DNA of 64,000 bases. It comes from Candidatus Woesearchaeota archaeon (GTDB lineage: Archaea > Nanobdellota > Nanobdellia > Woesearchaeales > JAZDKJ01). Below, one piece after another: positions 19,162 through 28,364 of the stretch. Under the pieces are notes generated by a model. It made no database searches, had not been told where the DNA came from, and saw only the letters and a list, made by a program, of their open reading frames with translations. Position numbers and translations under genes: made by a program. The stretch's first letter is position 1. Each line of letters opens with the position of its first letter. The DNA lies in contig JAZDKJ010000008.1 in the NCBI GenBank assembly GCA_043803105.1, positions 1-64,000 on the forward strand. Direction: 5' to 3'.

Positions 19162-19461
19162 TTAATAATGACCAGCTTTGTTTATTCGTTCTTGATTCTG
19201 TCTAATTTTTTTGAGTTTCTCAGCTGTTTTATTTTTTGTTAGAACCCAATATACTCCTTGATAAGAATTCTTTGCCAAATAACCGAAATTAACAAGTTCT
19301 CTTCTGATAAGAGCATAATCCTCAACTTCAAAGGAATTAATGACATCATTGACTTCTTGTTCACTATATTCTGTATCTTCTTGAAATTTATTGATTATTT
19401 TTTGCAGGATTTCCTGTTTTTTCAAGTCATCTTTCGGTAAGGTTATCATTGAATTCAGCAA
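19162..19461 (-). CDS. DUF2087-like winged-helix protein
   Basis: LPK...KKQEIL, YSEQEVN, DYALIRRELVNFGYL...YW. Confidence 0.75.
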   Translation of the reverse strand: MLNSMITLPKDDLKKQEILQKIINKFQEDTEYSEQEVNDVINSFEVEDYALIRRELVNFGYLAKNSYQGVYWVLTKNKTAEKLKKIRQNQERINKAGHY

Positions 19462-19739
19462 TACTGAATTTTTATTGATCTTTATTCCTTTTCAATGTCT
19501 TTTTTCATACCAGGAAAGATTCCATCCATCTAGTTCACAATGCCGAAGCAGACAAATATTTTCCACCCAAGAATATAATGGGTTGGCAAGATATTAGTTA
19601 AGACATCTTCTCTATCAGGGTTTAGACCTACTATTGCAGATGCTGCTGCTAATAGGAAACAAAAGACGCACACAAATCGGATTCCCAAAGTACCATCAAC
19701 CCACTGTTTGATTATAAGCTTTTCTTGTGTTAGGATGTT

Positions 19740-20576
19740 TTAACACTTCTTCCACCTGTAAAGTTTGTCAATCCTCGCGTGGTCCACTGCGAGCATCTCA
19801 AAATCAAGACCTGCCTGATTCTCTTCCAGATGTTGCTTATTCATAGAGGTGAAGATTATACTAAAGTTCTTTTTCGCCGTTGCCCAGTTGATCAATATTT
19901 GTGCTTGGCTCTTCCTATATTTGCTCGCAAGCTCTATTAGGAGAGGTACTCTATCCGTTAACAGCTTGCCTCGGCCAAAAAGCTTGTAGGCAATGACCAT
20001 GATGTCATGTTCCTGACAATAATTCATCGTTGCAACATCGGCAGGTGCCTTGGTCCAAAGTGAAAGTTTCATCTGGTTGGCAACAATTTTGGCGGCAGAG
20101 CATTTCTGTGCTTCCTTCAGTTCCTCAATTGAGAAATTGCAAACACCAATGTTACGGACAAGCTTGTGGTTAACAAGAGCATTCATCGCCTCCATTGTCT
20201 CTTGGATTGGTACATCAGGGTTTGAAGAATGCAAGAGGTAAAGGTCCAAATGTTTAATTCCCATTCTTTTTAAGCTTGCCTTGGCTGCTGCTATTAAGTC
20301 ATCGTACCTGAAATGTGTATTGTAGACTTTACTTGTGATTAACAATTCGTTCGTGTCAAACCCACGGATCGCTTCACCCACCAACTCTTCAGTATGGTTT
20401 CCACCGTACACTTCAGCCGTATCAATATGAGTATAGCCCATTTTAATTGCAGTCCTTATTGTGTTTATCCATTCCTCATCTCTGGAATGGTCTGGTTCAT
20501 GCTCGCCGCCGAAGGAAAACGTGCCTATCCCGAGCGCAGGCATACTGAAACGAGATTTGAGCGTTACGGTTTTCAT
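19740..20576 (-). CDS. Aldo/keto reductase
   Basis: LGIGT, HIDTAEVYG, ITSK, DLYLLH, IGVCNF. Confidence 0.92.
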   Translation of the reverse strand: MKTVTLKSRFSMPALGIGTFSFGGEHEPDHSRDEEWINTIRTAIKMGYTHIDTAEVYGGNHTEELVGEAIRGFDTNELLITSKVYNTHFRYDDLIAAAKASLKRMGIKHLDLYLLHSSNPDVPIQETMEAMNALVNHKLVRNIGVCNFSIEELKEAQKCSAAKIVANQMKLSLWTKAPADVATMNYCQEHDIMVIAYKLFGRGKLLTDRVPLLIELASKYRKSQAQILINWATAKKNFSIIFTSMNKQHLEENQAGLDFEMLAVDHARIDKLYRWKKC

Positions 20577-20636
20577 GCTAGAATCCTTTATAAAACATAA
20601 TGATATCTCCTACATTTAAAGGTTTCCCTGTTGGTT

Positions 20637-21535
20637 GGGTGCGTTTAAAATCTTAATTTTTATTAACCCGAGCAGCCGTTAGGCTGCTTGGGGGTGGGGA
20701 GCACGCCCCACCATGGTATGTGATGAGAAGCTGGTAAATAAGATTAAGCGTTTGCTTAGGGCTGTTGGTTGCCCTAGATGGTTGCACCATTTTGGTCCTA
20801 AGAAGTATGAGTTGGTTCACCATTTGCTTGCTTTGATTGTTAAGCAAGAGTGTAAGCTTGGTTATCGTCGAGTTACTAGGCTGTTTAGAGGTTTGGGCTT
20901 AAGTGCCCTTGTTATTCTGCTTTGTGGCATTGTATGAACAGGATTCCTTTGGATTTGTGGCAGCGCGTATTGGCTGCCACAAACAAGCTCAAAAGTTACA
21001 TTGTAGCAATCGATGGCACAGGAATGTCCAGACCATTACCTAGCCCCTATTACTACAAAAGAATTGACAAACCTTATCCGATTGACATTCCACTTAAACT
21101 GTCTATTGCCGTCGACACAAAAACCAAAAGAATTTTAGCTCTTCGACTAAGAGCTAAAAGATCGCATGATATCAAAGATGCACACTATCTTGTGAGGAGA
21201 TTACCAAAAACTGAATGGATTGTTGCTGACAAAGGATACGACGCCGACACATTGCACAAGTTTTGCAAAGCAAGAAATATCAAATGCTGCATACCTATGA
21301 GAGAGTACAGAGAATCCAGAAATAAAAAGCACACTTTAAGACGACAAAATCAAATATATGTACATCATAAAAGATATCACAGAAGAGAGATTGTTGAATC
21401 AGTCTTTAAAGCAATGAAATGCAAATTCGGACCAAGTGTAAACTCCATCCAGATCTGCCCCAAGGGCAGAAATCTATTGTAGGGCTATAGCCCACAATAC
21501 TTTTTCTTATTTTCTAAGACTTTTTAAACGGAGCC
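20637..21535 (+). mobile_element. IS5-like insertion sequence (~900 bp), degenerate
   Basis: Imperfect terminal inverted repeats gggtgcgtttaaaa (20637-20650) / ttttaaacggagcc (21522-21535) around a DDE transposase; no clear target duplication. Confidence 0.75.
20713..21535 (+). pseudogene. IS5-family DDE transposase with two frameshifts (~20899 and ~21458)
   Basis: AIDGTG, ADKGYD, YHRREIVESVF..MK; conserved continuations (KCPCYSAL; RAEIYCRAIAHN) lie in shifted frames. Confidence 0.8.
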
Positions 21536-21643
21536 TGAATGTTTTACCGAAAACTTCCAGAGATGTCTTTCCAAATTCTTGTAGCCAGTTGTGAGGTCAA
21601 ATAAATCAAAACCTATTTATACAGAAAATTTACTCCCCTTCTT

Positions 21644-22234
21644 ATGAGATTAGTGTTGATACGTCATGGTAAGCCCAAAATTACTGATGGAGATCTTTAT
21701 CGGTGTCGTTTGGGAGAAGAAGGAATAATAAACACTAGAGATCTTGCATCCTCTGGAAAGATACCTGTACCGGACCTAATCTTTACGAGCCCGTATAATA
21801 GGACAATAGACACTGCCAGAGTCTTTTCCGAATTTTTTTCTGTAAAATATGAAATCCTAGATTGTTTGAAGGAATGGAACTTACAATCATTAAATCTTAA
21901 AGAAGATTATGCTGTACAAGAGCGGCTTGGCTGGAATGACCATGATAAGGTTGTTTTTGGAAATGAATCATTGAACAATGCTAAAGAAAGGATTTTGAAA
22001 TGTATCAAGGAGTTAGTTGGTAAGCACAAAACACAAAAAAATATCCTCCTAGTCTCACATGGTACCGTAATTGATATGTTCTGCTCAGCCATATCCGGGA
22101 GAGAAGCAAAAATATCAGACATTAGAAATTCGAATCATTTGGACTATGCTGTGGTTGATTTTCAAAGCGGGAAATTCAATTTAATTAAGGATTTGGTACC
22201 AACTCTTAGGGAAGCAGGCCAAAAATCCAGTTAG
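21644..22234 (+). CDS. Histidine phosphatase (PGM-like) family
   Basis: LIRHG, TSPYNRTIDTA, GNES, LVSHG. Confidence 0.9.
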   Translation: MRLVLIRHGKPKITDGDLYRCRLGEEGIINTRDLASSGKIPVPDLIFTSPYNRTIDTARVFSEFFSVKYEILDCLKEWNLQSLNLKEDYAVQERLGWNDHDKVVFGNESLNNAKERILKCIKELVGKHKTQKNILLVSHGTVIDMFCSAISGREAKISDIRNSNHLDYAVVDFQSGKFNLIKDLVPTLREAGQKSS

Positions 22235-22341
22235 GCATCATTTAGAATATAAAAGCGTTCTTTCCAATATCCCAGTCGCACAAGCAATCCCACCAGCGCC
22301 GTTTACAATTTGATTTATTTCTACGATAATCATTTCTATAA

Positions 22342-22390
22342 TCACCCAAAAGCATATATTGCAGAATATAGTAATTTTACTAATTAATAA
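22342..22390. repeat. Element R, left part (diverged copy)
   Basis: About 41/49 identity to 18774-18822 by manual alignment. Confidence 0.75.
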
Positions 22391-22413
22391 AAACCAAAAT
22401 CTTTAAATAATAG

Positions 22414-22428
22414 TTCCTATAATAGGAA
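22414..22428 (+). promoter_or_regulatory. Putative operator upstream of the MNT-HEPN pair
   Basis: Perfect palindrome ttcctat-a-ataggaa just before the ATG. Confidence 0.45.
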
Positions 22429-22433
22429 TTATT

Positions 22434-22982
22434 ATGGAAAGCAAAGAAAATAATGTTTTAGAGTTGTTCTTTAACGAGCCGACTAGAGAGTGGCATTTTG
22501 AAGAGATCCTAAAAGAAGCAAGAATTGCAAGGAGCAAAGCTCTTGGTTGGTTGAGATTGTTTACAAAAGAAGATATTATCAAAAGAATCAAGAAGAAAGG
22601 AAAAATGCCCTTTTATACTGCAAATTTCATATCCAACAATTATAGAAACCTTAAGATGATTTTTGCGCGCACAAAATTCTATGAAAGCGGCTTTCTAAAT
22701 CACCTACAGACTCTAGATAATGTTAAGACAGTAATTCTTTTTGGCAGCTTTGCCAGGTCAGACTGGTACAAAAATAGTGATATTGATATTTTCATTTACG
22801 GAGACCCAAAGAACTTGAAAATAGCGCCCTATGAGATCAAGTTGAATCATAACATCCAGTTATTTATCTGCAAGAATTCCGAAGAGCTTGAAAAATATGG
22901 TGCTGGATTGATAAGAAACATTATTAAGGGGGATTTGATAAAAGGTGATATAGATTTCCTAAGGGTGGAAGTAAATGCCTGA
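22434..22982 (+). CDS. HTH + minimal nucleotidyltransferase (MNT antitoxin)
   Basis: N-terminal wHTH; LFGSFARSDWYKNSDIDIF. Confidence 0.88.
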   Translation: MESKENNVLELFFNEPTREWHFEEILKEARIARSKALGWLRLFTKEDIIKRIKKKGKMPFYTANFISNNYRNLKMIFARTKFYESGFLNHLQTLDNVKTVILFGSFARSDWYKNSDIDIFIYGDPKNLKIAPYEIKLNHNIQLFICKNSEELEKYGAGLIRNIIKGDLIKGDIDFLRVEVNA

Positions 22983-23445
22983 ATACTTGACAAAAGAAGA
23001 AGCATTTGCAAAATGCCAAAAGCAAGGCAAATTTATTGCGATTGAAGACATTGATACTGAGAAAATCAAGTCAACTGTCGCTATCGCTGAATCAGACGTT
23101 AAATCAGCGGAGATTCTTAAGAAAAACCTCTCAAAGGAAGCCAATGAGTGGAGCAGTGTCTTCAAATTGTATTACGACGCGCTTCATGAGCTCTCAGAAA
23201 GTTTTTTGCGGTTTGACAAGGTCAAATTTGATAATCACCAGTGTCTGTTTTCTTACCTTTGTGTAAAACATCCCGAGCTTGAACTGTCTTGGGACTTTCT
23301 TGAGAAGGTTAGAACTAAAAGGAACGGAATAAACTACTATGGTATTCCAACAAGCTATGCGGATTGGAAGGAAGTTGAATTGCAAATTAGCCTTTACATC
23401 AAACTGTTGAAAAGGGAAGTCGAAAAGAATATAGAGCAAAGCTAG
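22975..23445 (+). CDS. HEPN-domain toxin
   Basis: Helical; YYDAL, NHQCL, RTKRNGINYYG (R-x4-Y HEPN variant); overlaps the MNT gene. Confidence 0.8.
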   Translation: MPEYLTKEEAFAKCQKQGKFIAIEDIDTEKIKSTVAIAESDVKSAEILKKNLSKEANEWSSVFKLYYDALHELSESFLRFDKVKFDNHQCLFSYLCVKHPELELSWDFLEKVRTKRNGINYYGIPTSYADWKEVELQISLYIKLLKREVEKNIEQS

Positions 23446-23510
23446 AACAAGAAAGGAGGTTTAGGTTTCGACATTTGGCACCCTACAATATTTGGCGTCC
23501 ATTAATCATT
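23445..23510. repeat. Element R, right part (diverged, lacking the hairpin insert)
   Basis: gaacaagaaaggaggtttaggtttcgacatttgg aligns to copy A with the atgctcag...gcattt hairpins absent. Confidence 0.75.
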
Positions 23511-23638
23511 ACAAAAATTGTGCGAGAGGATTGCAAACGCGTTAAGCAAGGATAAGAATATTAGATTACCCCAAAAAAAGCTCCCGGCCAAGTACAAAAC
23601 TCAACAGTTAATAAAAAATAATTAAGGAGGGAAGAATA

Positions 23639-24355
23639 ATGGCAATCAAAGCAATAATCTTCGATTGGAATGACACAATCACGGATCAATCTAGCACATT
23701 TTCCTATTTGTTGGAGAAAAAAATCGACCAGAAAATCATGCAGAATTTTGGCATTAAAGTTGATGATGAAGTATTCCTTTCTGGTATGAGAAAGACTAAC
23801 AAAGAGCTAAGAAAAGTCACCTCAATCAAAGCAAAGGAACTGCCTGGGTTGTGGACCAAGATTTTTTTTAAGCAGATCGGTTTGAAAGTGGACGATGAGA
23901 TAAGCAAACTCATTCAAGAGGAATATGAAAATTACTATTTACTCAATATCAAATTGAATCCAAACGTTGCGGAAACAGTGAGTGTTCTAAAGCAAAAGAA
24001 AATTCAGCTTTTTCTACTAACCAACTGCATTCGATCGAGTCTGAATAAGGAATTAGCAAAGTTTGGATTTGGTGAGTTATTTTCCAAGATTGTTACGGGA
24101 AGTGATGCCGGAGAAAAAACAACGTCAGAACCATTCAAATTGCTTCTAGGAATAATGCAAAATGAATTTCGAGGAGAAATCAGACCACAGGATTGTCTCA
24201 TGGTTGGTAACAGTCCAGAAAATGATCTCCTGGCAGCCAAGTTTGGCATTCATACTGCGATCTATGACAAGACTGGAAAGTACAAAGACCTGAAAGGCAT
24301 GGAGTTTCACGTCAAAGACTTTCTTGAACTTGTTCAACTAGTTGATGAAGTATGA
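23639..24355 (+). CDS. HAD-superfamily hydrolase
   Basis: IIFDWNDT, LLTN, K, MVGNSPEND. Confidence 0.85.
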   Translation: MAIKAIIFDWNDTITDQSSTFSYLLEKKIDQKIMQNFGIKVDDEVFLSGMRKTNKELRKVTSIKAKELPGLWTKIFFKQIGLKVDDEISKLIQEEYENYYLLNIKLNPNVAETVSVLKQKKIQLFLLTNCIRSSLNKELAKFGFGELFSKIVTGSDAGEKTTSEPFKLLLGIMQNEFRGEIRPQDCLMVGNSPENDLLAAKFGIHTAIYDKTGKYKDLKGMEFHVKDFLELVQLVDEV

Positions 24356-24412
24356 GTTACCCCCAAAGGATTTTGTTCTTGGTACCAAGAAATACAAAAG
24401 AAATTTTAAGAG

Positions 24413-24712
24413 CTAGCACAAGCAAGGTGTTGAAAGAAAGAACCAAGTTAATGCAGAGACTTCATGTGCATTCTTTGCGTCAGGCGTTTCCTGGCAGAAA
24501 TGTTCGTCCACCAAGCTTGAATTATCGTTACCATTTGGGAATTCTGCATCTTTGCTCGAAAGTGAGACAAAAGCTTTTACCACCTCAAATCCGTTATATC
24601 GTAGAAAATCCACGATTTCTTCGGCAACTGTATGATTCCAAAGGAACCCTGCTCTTCTTCGGAGCGTACTCGGTTTCAATAAAAAGAAAGTATAATGATC
24701 TTCAGTTATCAT
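24413..24712 (-). CDS. Hypothetical small protein; N-terminus weakly resembles NDP kinase (possible fragment)
   Basis: YTFFLLKPS...EIVDFLRYNGFEVV resembles the NDK start; no catalytic His region. Confidence 0.35.
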   Translation of the reverse strand: MITEDHYTFFLLKPSTLRRRAGFLWNHTVAEEIVDFLRYNGFEVVKAFVSLSSKDAEFPNGNDNSSLVDEHFCQETPDAKNAHEVSALTWFFLSTPCLC

Positions 24713-24854
24713 TTTTCTTAGAGCGATCTTACTTACAACAATATAAAAGTTTTGATTCCCCCCTGCGAAACGCGATTTTGTTTTTGGAAGGAGTGTATAG
24801 GTATCACCCTTTAGGCCTCAGACTGTTTGTCCACTAAAAATCCAGCAAAATTCA

Positions 24855-24980
24855 TCACTCAAAAGTATATATTGTAGAATATATTAAAATTATTAGTTAA
24901 TAAGATTATTAAAACAAGAAGGAGGTACTCTTGGGATTCCATGTTTGGTACTCACAATGTCTGGAATACATTTCCTTAAT
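24855..24980. repeat. Element R, copy B
   Basis: 72 bp identical to copy A, then a diverged right part (tttggtactcacaatgtctggaat...ccttaatc). Confidence 0.85.
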
Positions 24981-25023
24981 CCCTTTTTAAACATAAAACA
25001 AAAGATATTTATATAAGTTTATA

Positions 25024-25037
25024 TATACAATTGTATA
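25024..25037 (+). promoter_or_regulatory. Putative operator upstream of the wHTH-RelE pair
   Basis: Perfect palindrome tatacaattgtata next to a TTTATATA box. Confidence 0.45.
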
Positions 25038-25063
25038 AGCTCATATAAATTAGGTGAAGTAAA

Positions 25064-25327
25064 ATGCAAAACTTGGAAATCATTCATTATCCAAATTTGA
25101 AGACAGTTCTTATGGTAGAGGAAACTCTAAAAAAGTCAAACAAATTGATGAGTAGAGAACAATTGAAGAGCAAGCTTAAAACCAAGATTATGCACCAAAC
25201 CCTTAATATTATTCTTAAGTATCTAGAGGACAGTGGGAAAATAATTGACGGTCGAAAAGGAATCATATGGATTCACAACCCAAGCCAAAAACTGGACAAA
25301 GCAATAAAGGAAGGAGTTGAACTATAA
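25064..25327 (+). CDS. Small winged-helix protein, putative antitoxin
   Basis: PNLKTVLMVE...QTLNIILKYLEDSGKI...WI; translationally coupled to the next gene. Confidence 0.7.
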   Translation: MQNLEIIHYPNLKTVLMVEETLKKSNKLMSREQLKSKLKTKIMHQTLNIILKYLEDSGKIIDGRKGIIWIHNPSQKLDKAIKEGVEL

Positions 25328-25704
25328 TGTTTAAGGGAAAGCCTGTAAAGGTTATTATCACAGGCGGGGCTAAAGAAGAGTTTGATGAACTCAATCAGAT
25401 TGTAGGTGAAGAAATAGCAAAAGGAATAACAAGCAGCGATCATCAAACTTTACTGAATTCAATAAAACAAAAGGTGGATTTATTACAATTGAATCCTGAG
25501 TATGGAATCCATATCCCTAAAGACAGAATCCCAAAAGAGTATGTTGTCAAGTATGATGTTAATAACCTGTGGAAGGTGAATCTCTCAGGGGCTTGGAGAA
25601 TGATTTATACAATAAGGGGAAGTGAAGTAGAGATTATTTCCTTAATACTTGATATTCTGAACCATAGTGATTATGAAAAGAAGTTTGGTTACAGAAAAAA
25701 TTAA
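25327..25704 (+). CDS. RelE/ParE-like toxin
   Basis: NPEYG, NLWKVNLSGAWRMIYTI, ILDILNHSDY..FGY. Confidence 0.7.
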   Translation: MFKGKPVKVIITGGAKEEFDELNQIVGEEIAKGITSSDHQTLLNSIKQKVDLLQLNPEYGIHIPKDRIPKEYVVKYDVNNLWKVNLSGAWRMIYTIRGSEVEIISLILDILNHSDYEKKFGYRKN

Positions 25705-25710
25705 CAAATA

Positions 25711-25846
25711 GAACAGGAAGGAGTTACCTTAGGTTTTCCATGCTCAGAAAATATGATTTTCTGGCATCAGAAAAATGCTCTGGCATTTTTCGACATTTGG
25801 AACAAAAAATATCTGGAATCCCTTAATCATAAGTATTCCTAATATA
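25711..25846. repeat. Element R, right part, copy C (with hairpin insert)
   Basis: 94 bp identical to 18847-18940; continues to the nth junction. Confidence 0.9.
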
Positions 25847-26020
25847 TTGTGTCAGAATGGCCCCGATACACACCCCAAAGCACTGCGCTTCTGTCTTAGG
25901 GTAGCTGTAATCGCCAGGATGATACTCACATAACAGAGTTTTGTCATTTATCAGACGCCACCATCCTTGAGGACCATAACTCTTGAGAAGGGTTTTGTAG
26001 ATTTGGAGGATTTGGTTCAT
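25847..26020 (-). pseudogene. Second 5' fragment of endonuclease III-like gene truncated at GAILTQ
   Basis: First 40 bp identical to 17467-17506; ends GAILTQ followed by element R. Confidence 0.9.
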
Positions 26021-26062
26021 GGCCTGTTTATTGAAAATGGATTATATTAAGACACATTTCAA

Positions 26063-26479
26063 TCAATCAGATAATTCTTCTTCTCGAATCTTTGCCAGCA
26101 ACTTTTTAGTGTTATCAAATGGCAAAAGCTTTGCAGCCTCTGTTTGGGTTACCCATGCGAATTTTGTGTGTTCATTAGAGAGTTTAACTTTTTCTTCGTT
26201 TGTTTGAACAAGATAGTAATGGATAATACGTTTTTTCAAAACATCAGGTTTTTGCACAGCGTAATTAATAGCGCCAATCTTTTTTATTATTTTGATCATA
26301 TGGATACCTACCTCTTCCTTAATTTCTCTTTTTATAGTGTCTTCGTGAGATTCAAGGTCTTCTGTGTGCCCCTTTGGGAATTCCCAATCCTGGCTATCAG
26401 CTCTAAGTAAAAGGAGGAATCTTTTCTTGATACCATTATAGAGGAATGCGCCAACTGATTCTTCAGTTACATATTTCAT
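26063..26479 (-). CDS. NUDIX hydrolase (Ap4A hydrolase-like)
   Basis: WEFPKGH...REIKEEVG, LSNEH..FAW. Confidence 0.88.
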   Translation of the reverse strand: MKYVTEESVGAFLYNGIKKRFLLLLRADSQDWEFPKGHTEDLESHEDTIKREIKEEVGIHMIKIIKKIGAINYAVQKPDVLKKRIIHYYLVQTNEEKVKLSNEHTKFAWVTQTEAAKLLPFDNTKKLLAKIREEELSD

Positions 26480-26774
26480 TTTACCCTTCAGCGATGTTAA
26501 ATACTGACCTTATTAACCTTCTGCTTGGTGGATTGCCTTGCAGAGAATAAGCAACATCAGGACCTGAACAATTTATTCCTATGTTGACAACTCCTTGTTT
26601 TGTTCGACCACCCCGGAATACGAAATATACTTCACTGCCTACACTCTGCTTAATGTATTCATACATTGTTGCAAACACTCCCAATTCATGACATGTGGCA
26701 TTACCTGAGTAGATATTCTTATCCAGGACAGCATGACCCCTGATTGAAAACGGCCTTTGCGCCAAGTTTGCTCT

Positions 26775-27278
26775 CTGCGGATCAAGTCCAAGGGTGGGTT
26801 CGTCCAAAAAAAGTATTTTAGGCTCGTGAAGAAGGCCTCTCGCAATCTCCATCCTGCGGCGCATCCCGCCAGAATACTTCTTGACCTGGTCATTTTTTCG
26901 CTTCTGCAGGTTGACAAGAGAAAGAACCTTGTCAATCTTTGTCCCAATGTCACGCAAGGGAAGGTCATATATCAGAGCATGAAGCTTTAGGTTCTCATAA
27001 CCTGTAAGAAGCTCATCAGAACTAGGATCCTGGAAGACGATTCAAATCGAATCCCTAACCTTTGCAGGCTCACGCACAACATCAAAGCTGTTGACAACTG
27101 CCTTACCTGAAGTGGGCTTTAGCAGAGTGTAGAGCATAAGCAGGGTTGTGGTCTTGCCAGCACCGTTAGGACCTAGGAGCCCAAATATTTCGCCTTCATG
27201 AATCTTTAGGCTAATCTTATCAACTGCTAGAAGATTGCCATACTTCTTGGTGAGGCTGTTGACCGTAATTGCATCCAT
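26775..27278 (-). pseudogene. ABC transporter ATPase pseudogene (in-frame TGA at 27042-27044, truncated after LDPQ)
   Basis: GPNGAGKT, SI*IVFQ, YSGGMRRR, LFLDEPTLGLDPQ, then unrelated sequence. Confidence 0.85.
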
Positions 27279-27341
27279 TCAAATGCGGCAATAAATTCTG
27301 ATTATTAAAGGTTGGCATTAAAAAGAAAAAAAGAAAAAAAT

Positions 27342-28364
27342 TTAGGTTTTACAACCTGTTGTCGCGTCGCAACCCTTGTTACCACAATATTGGGCATAGT
27401 CATAATACTTACAATAACCAGGGTCGCAGCTAATATCTGTGCCGTGACCTGTCGTGCAACGGTTGAAGTCTTTCCAGACTGCTCTGCCGTAAACACACTT
27501 GTTCTGAAACTCATTAGGTTTGGTCAAACAATTCTCCTTAGGCAGTGGATTGCAGGAATTATTTGAACAGCCGTATTGGCAAGTTGTGCCTGAGTCCCAA
27601 ACCCAGTTGCTTGTGCAGGTCCTTAGCATGCTGCCATCACAGATGGTCTGGCCCATGACACAAAAGTCACTCAAGTCACAAGTGCAGGCACCGGGTCCTT
27701 GAGGTCCTTGAGGTCCTACTTCACCCTCTGGTCCCTGCGGGCCTGTTAGACCTATCGGTCCTATCAAGCCTGGCGGTCCTACTGGCCCTTGCGGTCCTGT
27801 TGCTCCAGTGGTGCCTTTATCGCCTTTCAAACCCTGAGGTCCTGTTGGTCCGGCTGGTCCTGCCGGGCCTGGAGGTCCTTGCGGTCCTGCTGTTCCTGTA
27901 TCTCCCATTTCTCCCTGAGGTCCTTGCGGCCCTGCGGTTGGTGTGATCTTGAATGCATTATACCTTATCCAGAAGTAGTTATTCGGTGTGTCATAGAAGC
28001 CGAACATCATTCCTTGAATTATTATACCGTTTTCACAACCTAAGGTGAAAGTTCCCGAACTCCTAGCGGCATCCACGGTTGCACCAGTATAAAATCCTTC
28101 ACAGGCACCCACATCTGCAAAGTTTGCGGTTACATTGCCGTACATTTCTCCAACAGTGCTGCACATGCTGTCGTAATATGTATTGCTTAATACATCAATA
28201 GTCCCGTCAAGGTCGCCGTTAAGACTACCTGTGAACTCCTTAACCCCAGTTGGGCGGCCAATATATGTTAGCCTTCCGTACCCTCCAATTCGTTCCCAGT
28301 CAGCCAATACCACTGGCACCAACATTAAAAGCAGCGTAGCCAACAAAAAGATTGCTTTTCTCAT
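27342..28364 (-). CDS. Secreted collagen-like protein with Cys-rich C-terminus
   Basis: Signal peptide; 26 uninterrupted Gly-X-Y triplets (27693-27932); Cys-rich tail. Confidence 0.88.
   Translation of the reverse strand: MRKAIFLLATLLLMLVPVVLADWERIGGYGRLTYIGRPTGVKEFTGSLNGDLDGTIDVLSNTYYDSMCSTVGEMYGNVTANFADVGACEGFYTGATVDAARSSGTFTLGCENGIIIQGMMFGFYDTPNNYFWIRYNAFKITPTAGPQGPQGEMGDTGTAGPQGPPGPAGPAGPTGPQGLKGDKGTTGATGPQGPVGPPGLIGPIGLTGPQGPEGEVGPQGPQGPGACTCDLSDFCVMGQTICDGSMLRTCTSNWVWDSGTTCQYGCSNNSCNPLPKENCLTKPNEFQNKCVYGRAVWKDFNRCTTGHGTDISCDPGYCKYYDYAQYCGNKGCDATTGCKT

Noticed and set aside
20890-20910. Programmed -1 frameshift in the transposase
   Set aside because: No clear slippery heptamer, and a second frameshift near the 3' end indicates decay or sequencing error.
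24352-24837. 161-aa + strand ORF after the HAD gene
   Set aside because: No motifs and atypical composition; the opposite-strand ORF is slightly more protein-like, and neither is secure.
18774-25846. R repeats as a CRISPR array or classical integron attC sites
   Set aside because: Copies are long, irregularly spaced and separated by genes; there are no cas genes, no RYYYAAC/GTTRRRY ends and no IntI.
27042-27044. In-frame TGA at a conserved Gly position (SI*IVFQ) suggesting TGA=Gly recoding
   Set aside because: TGA is the normal stop of many intact genes here (aCPSF1, sppA, rps8e) and the ABC gene is also truncated, so this is a pseudogene.
27693-27932. GC-rich 9-bp periodic repeat as a DNA-level element
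   Set aside because: Fully explained by collagen Gly-X-Y coding.
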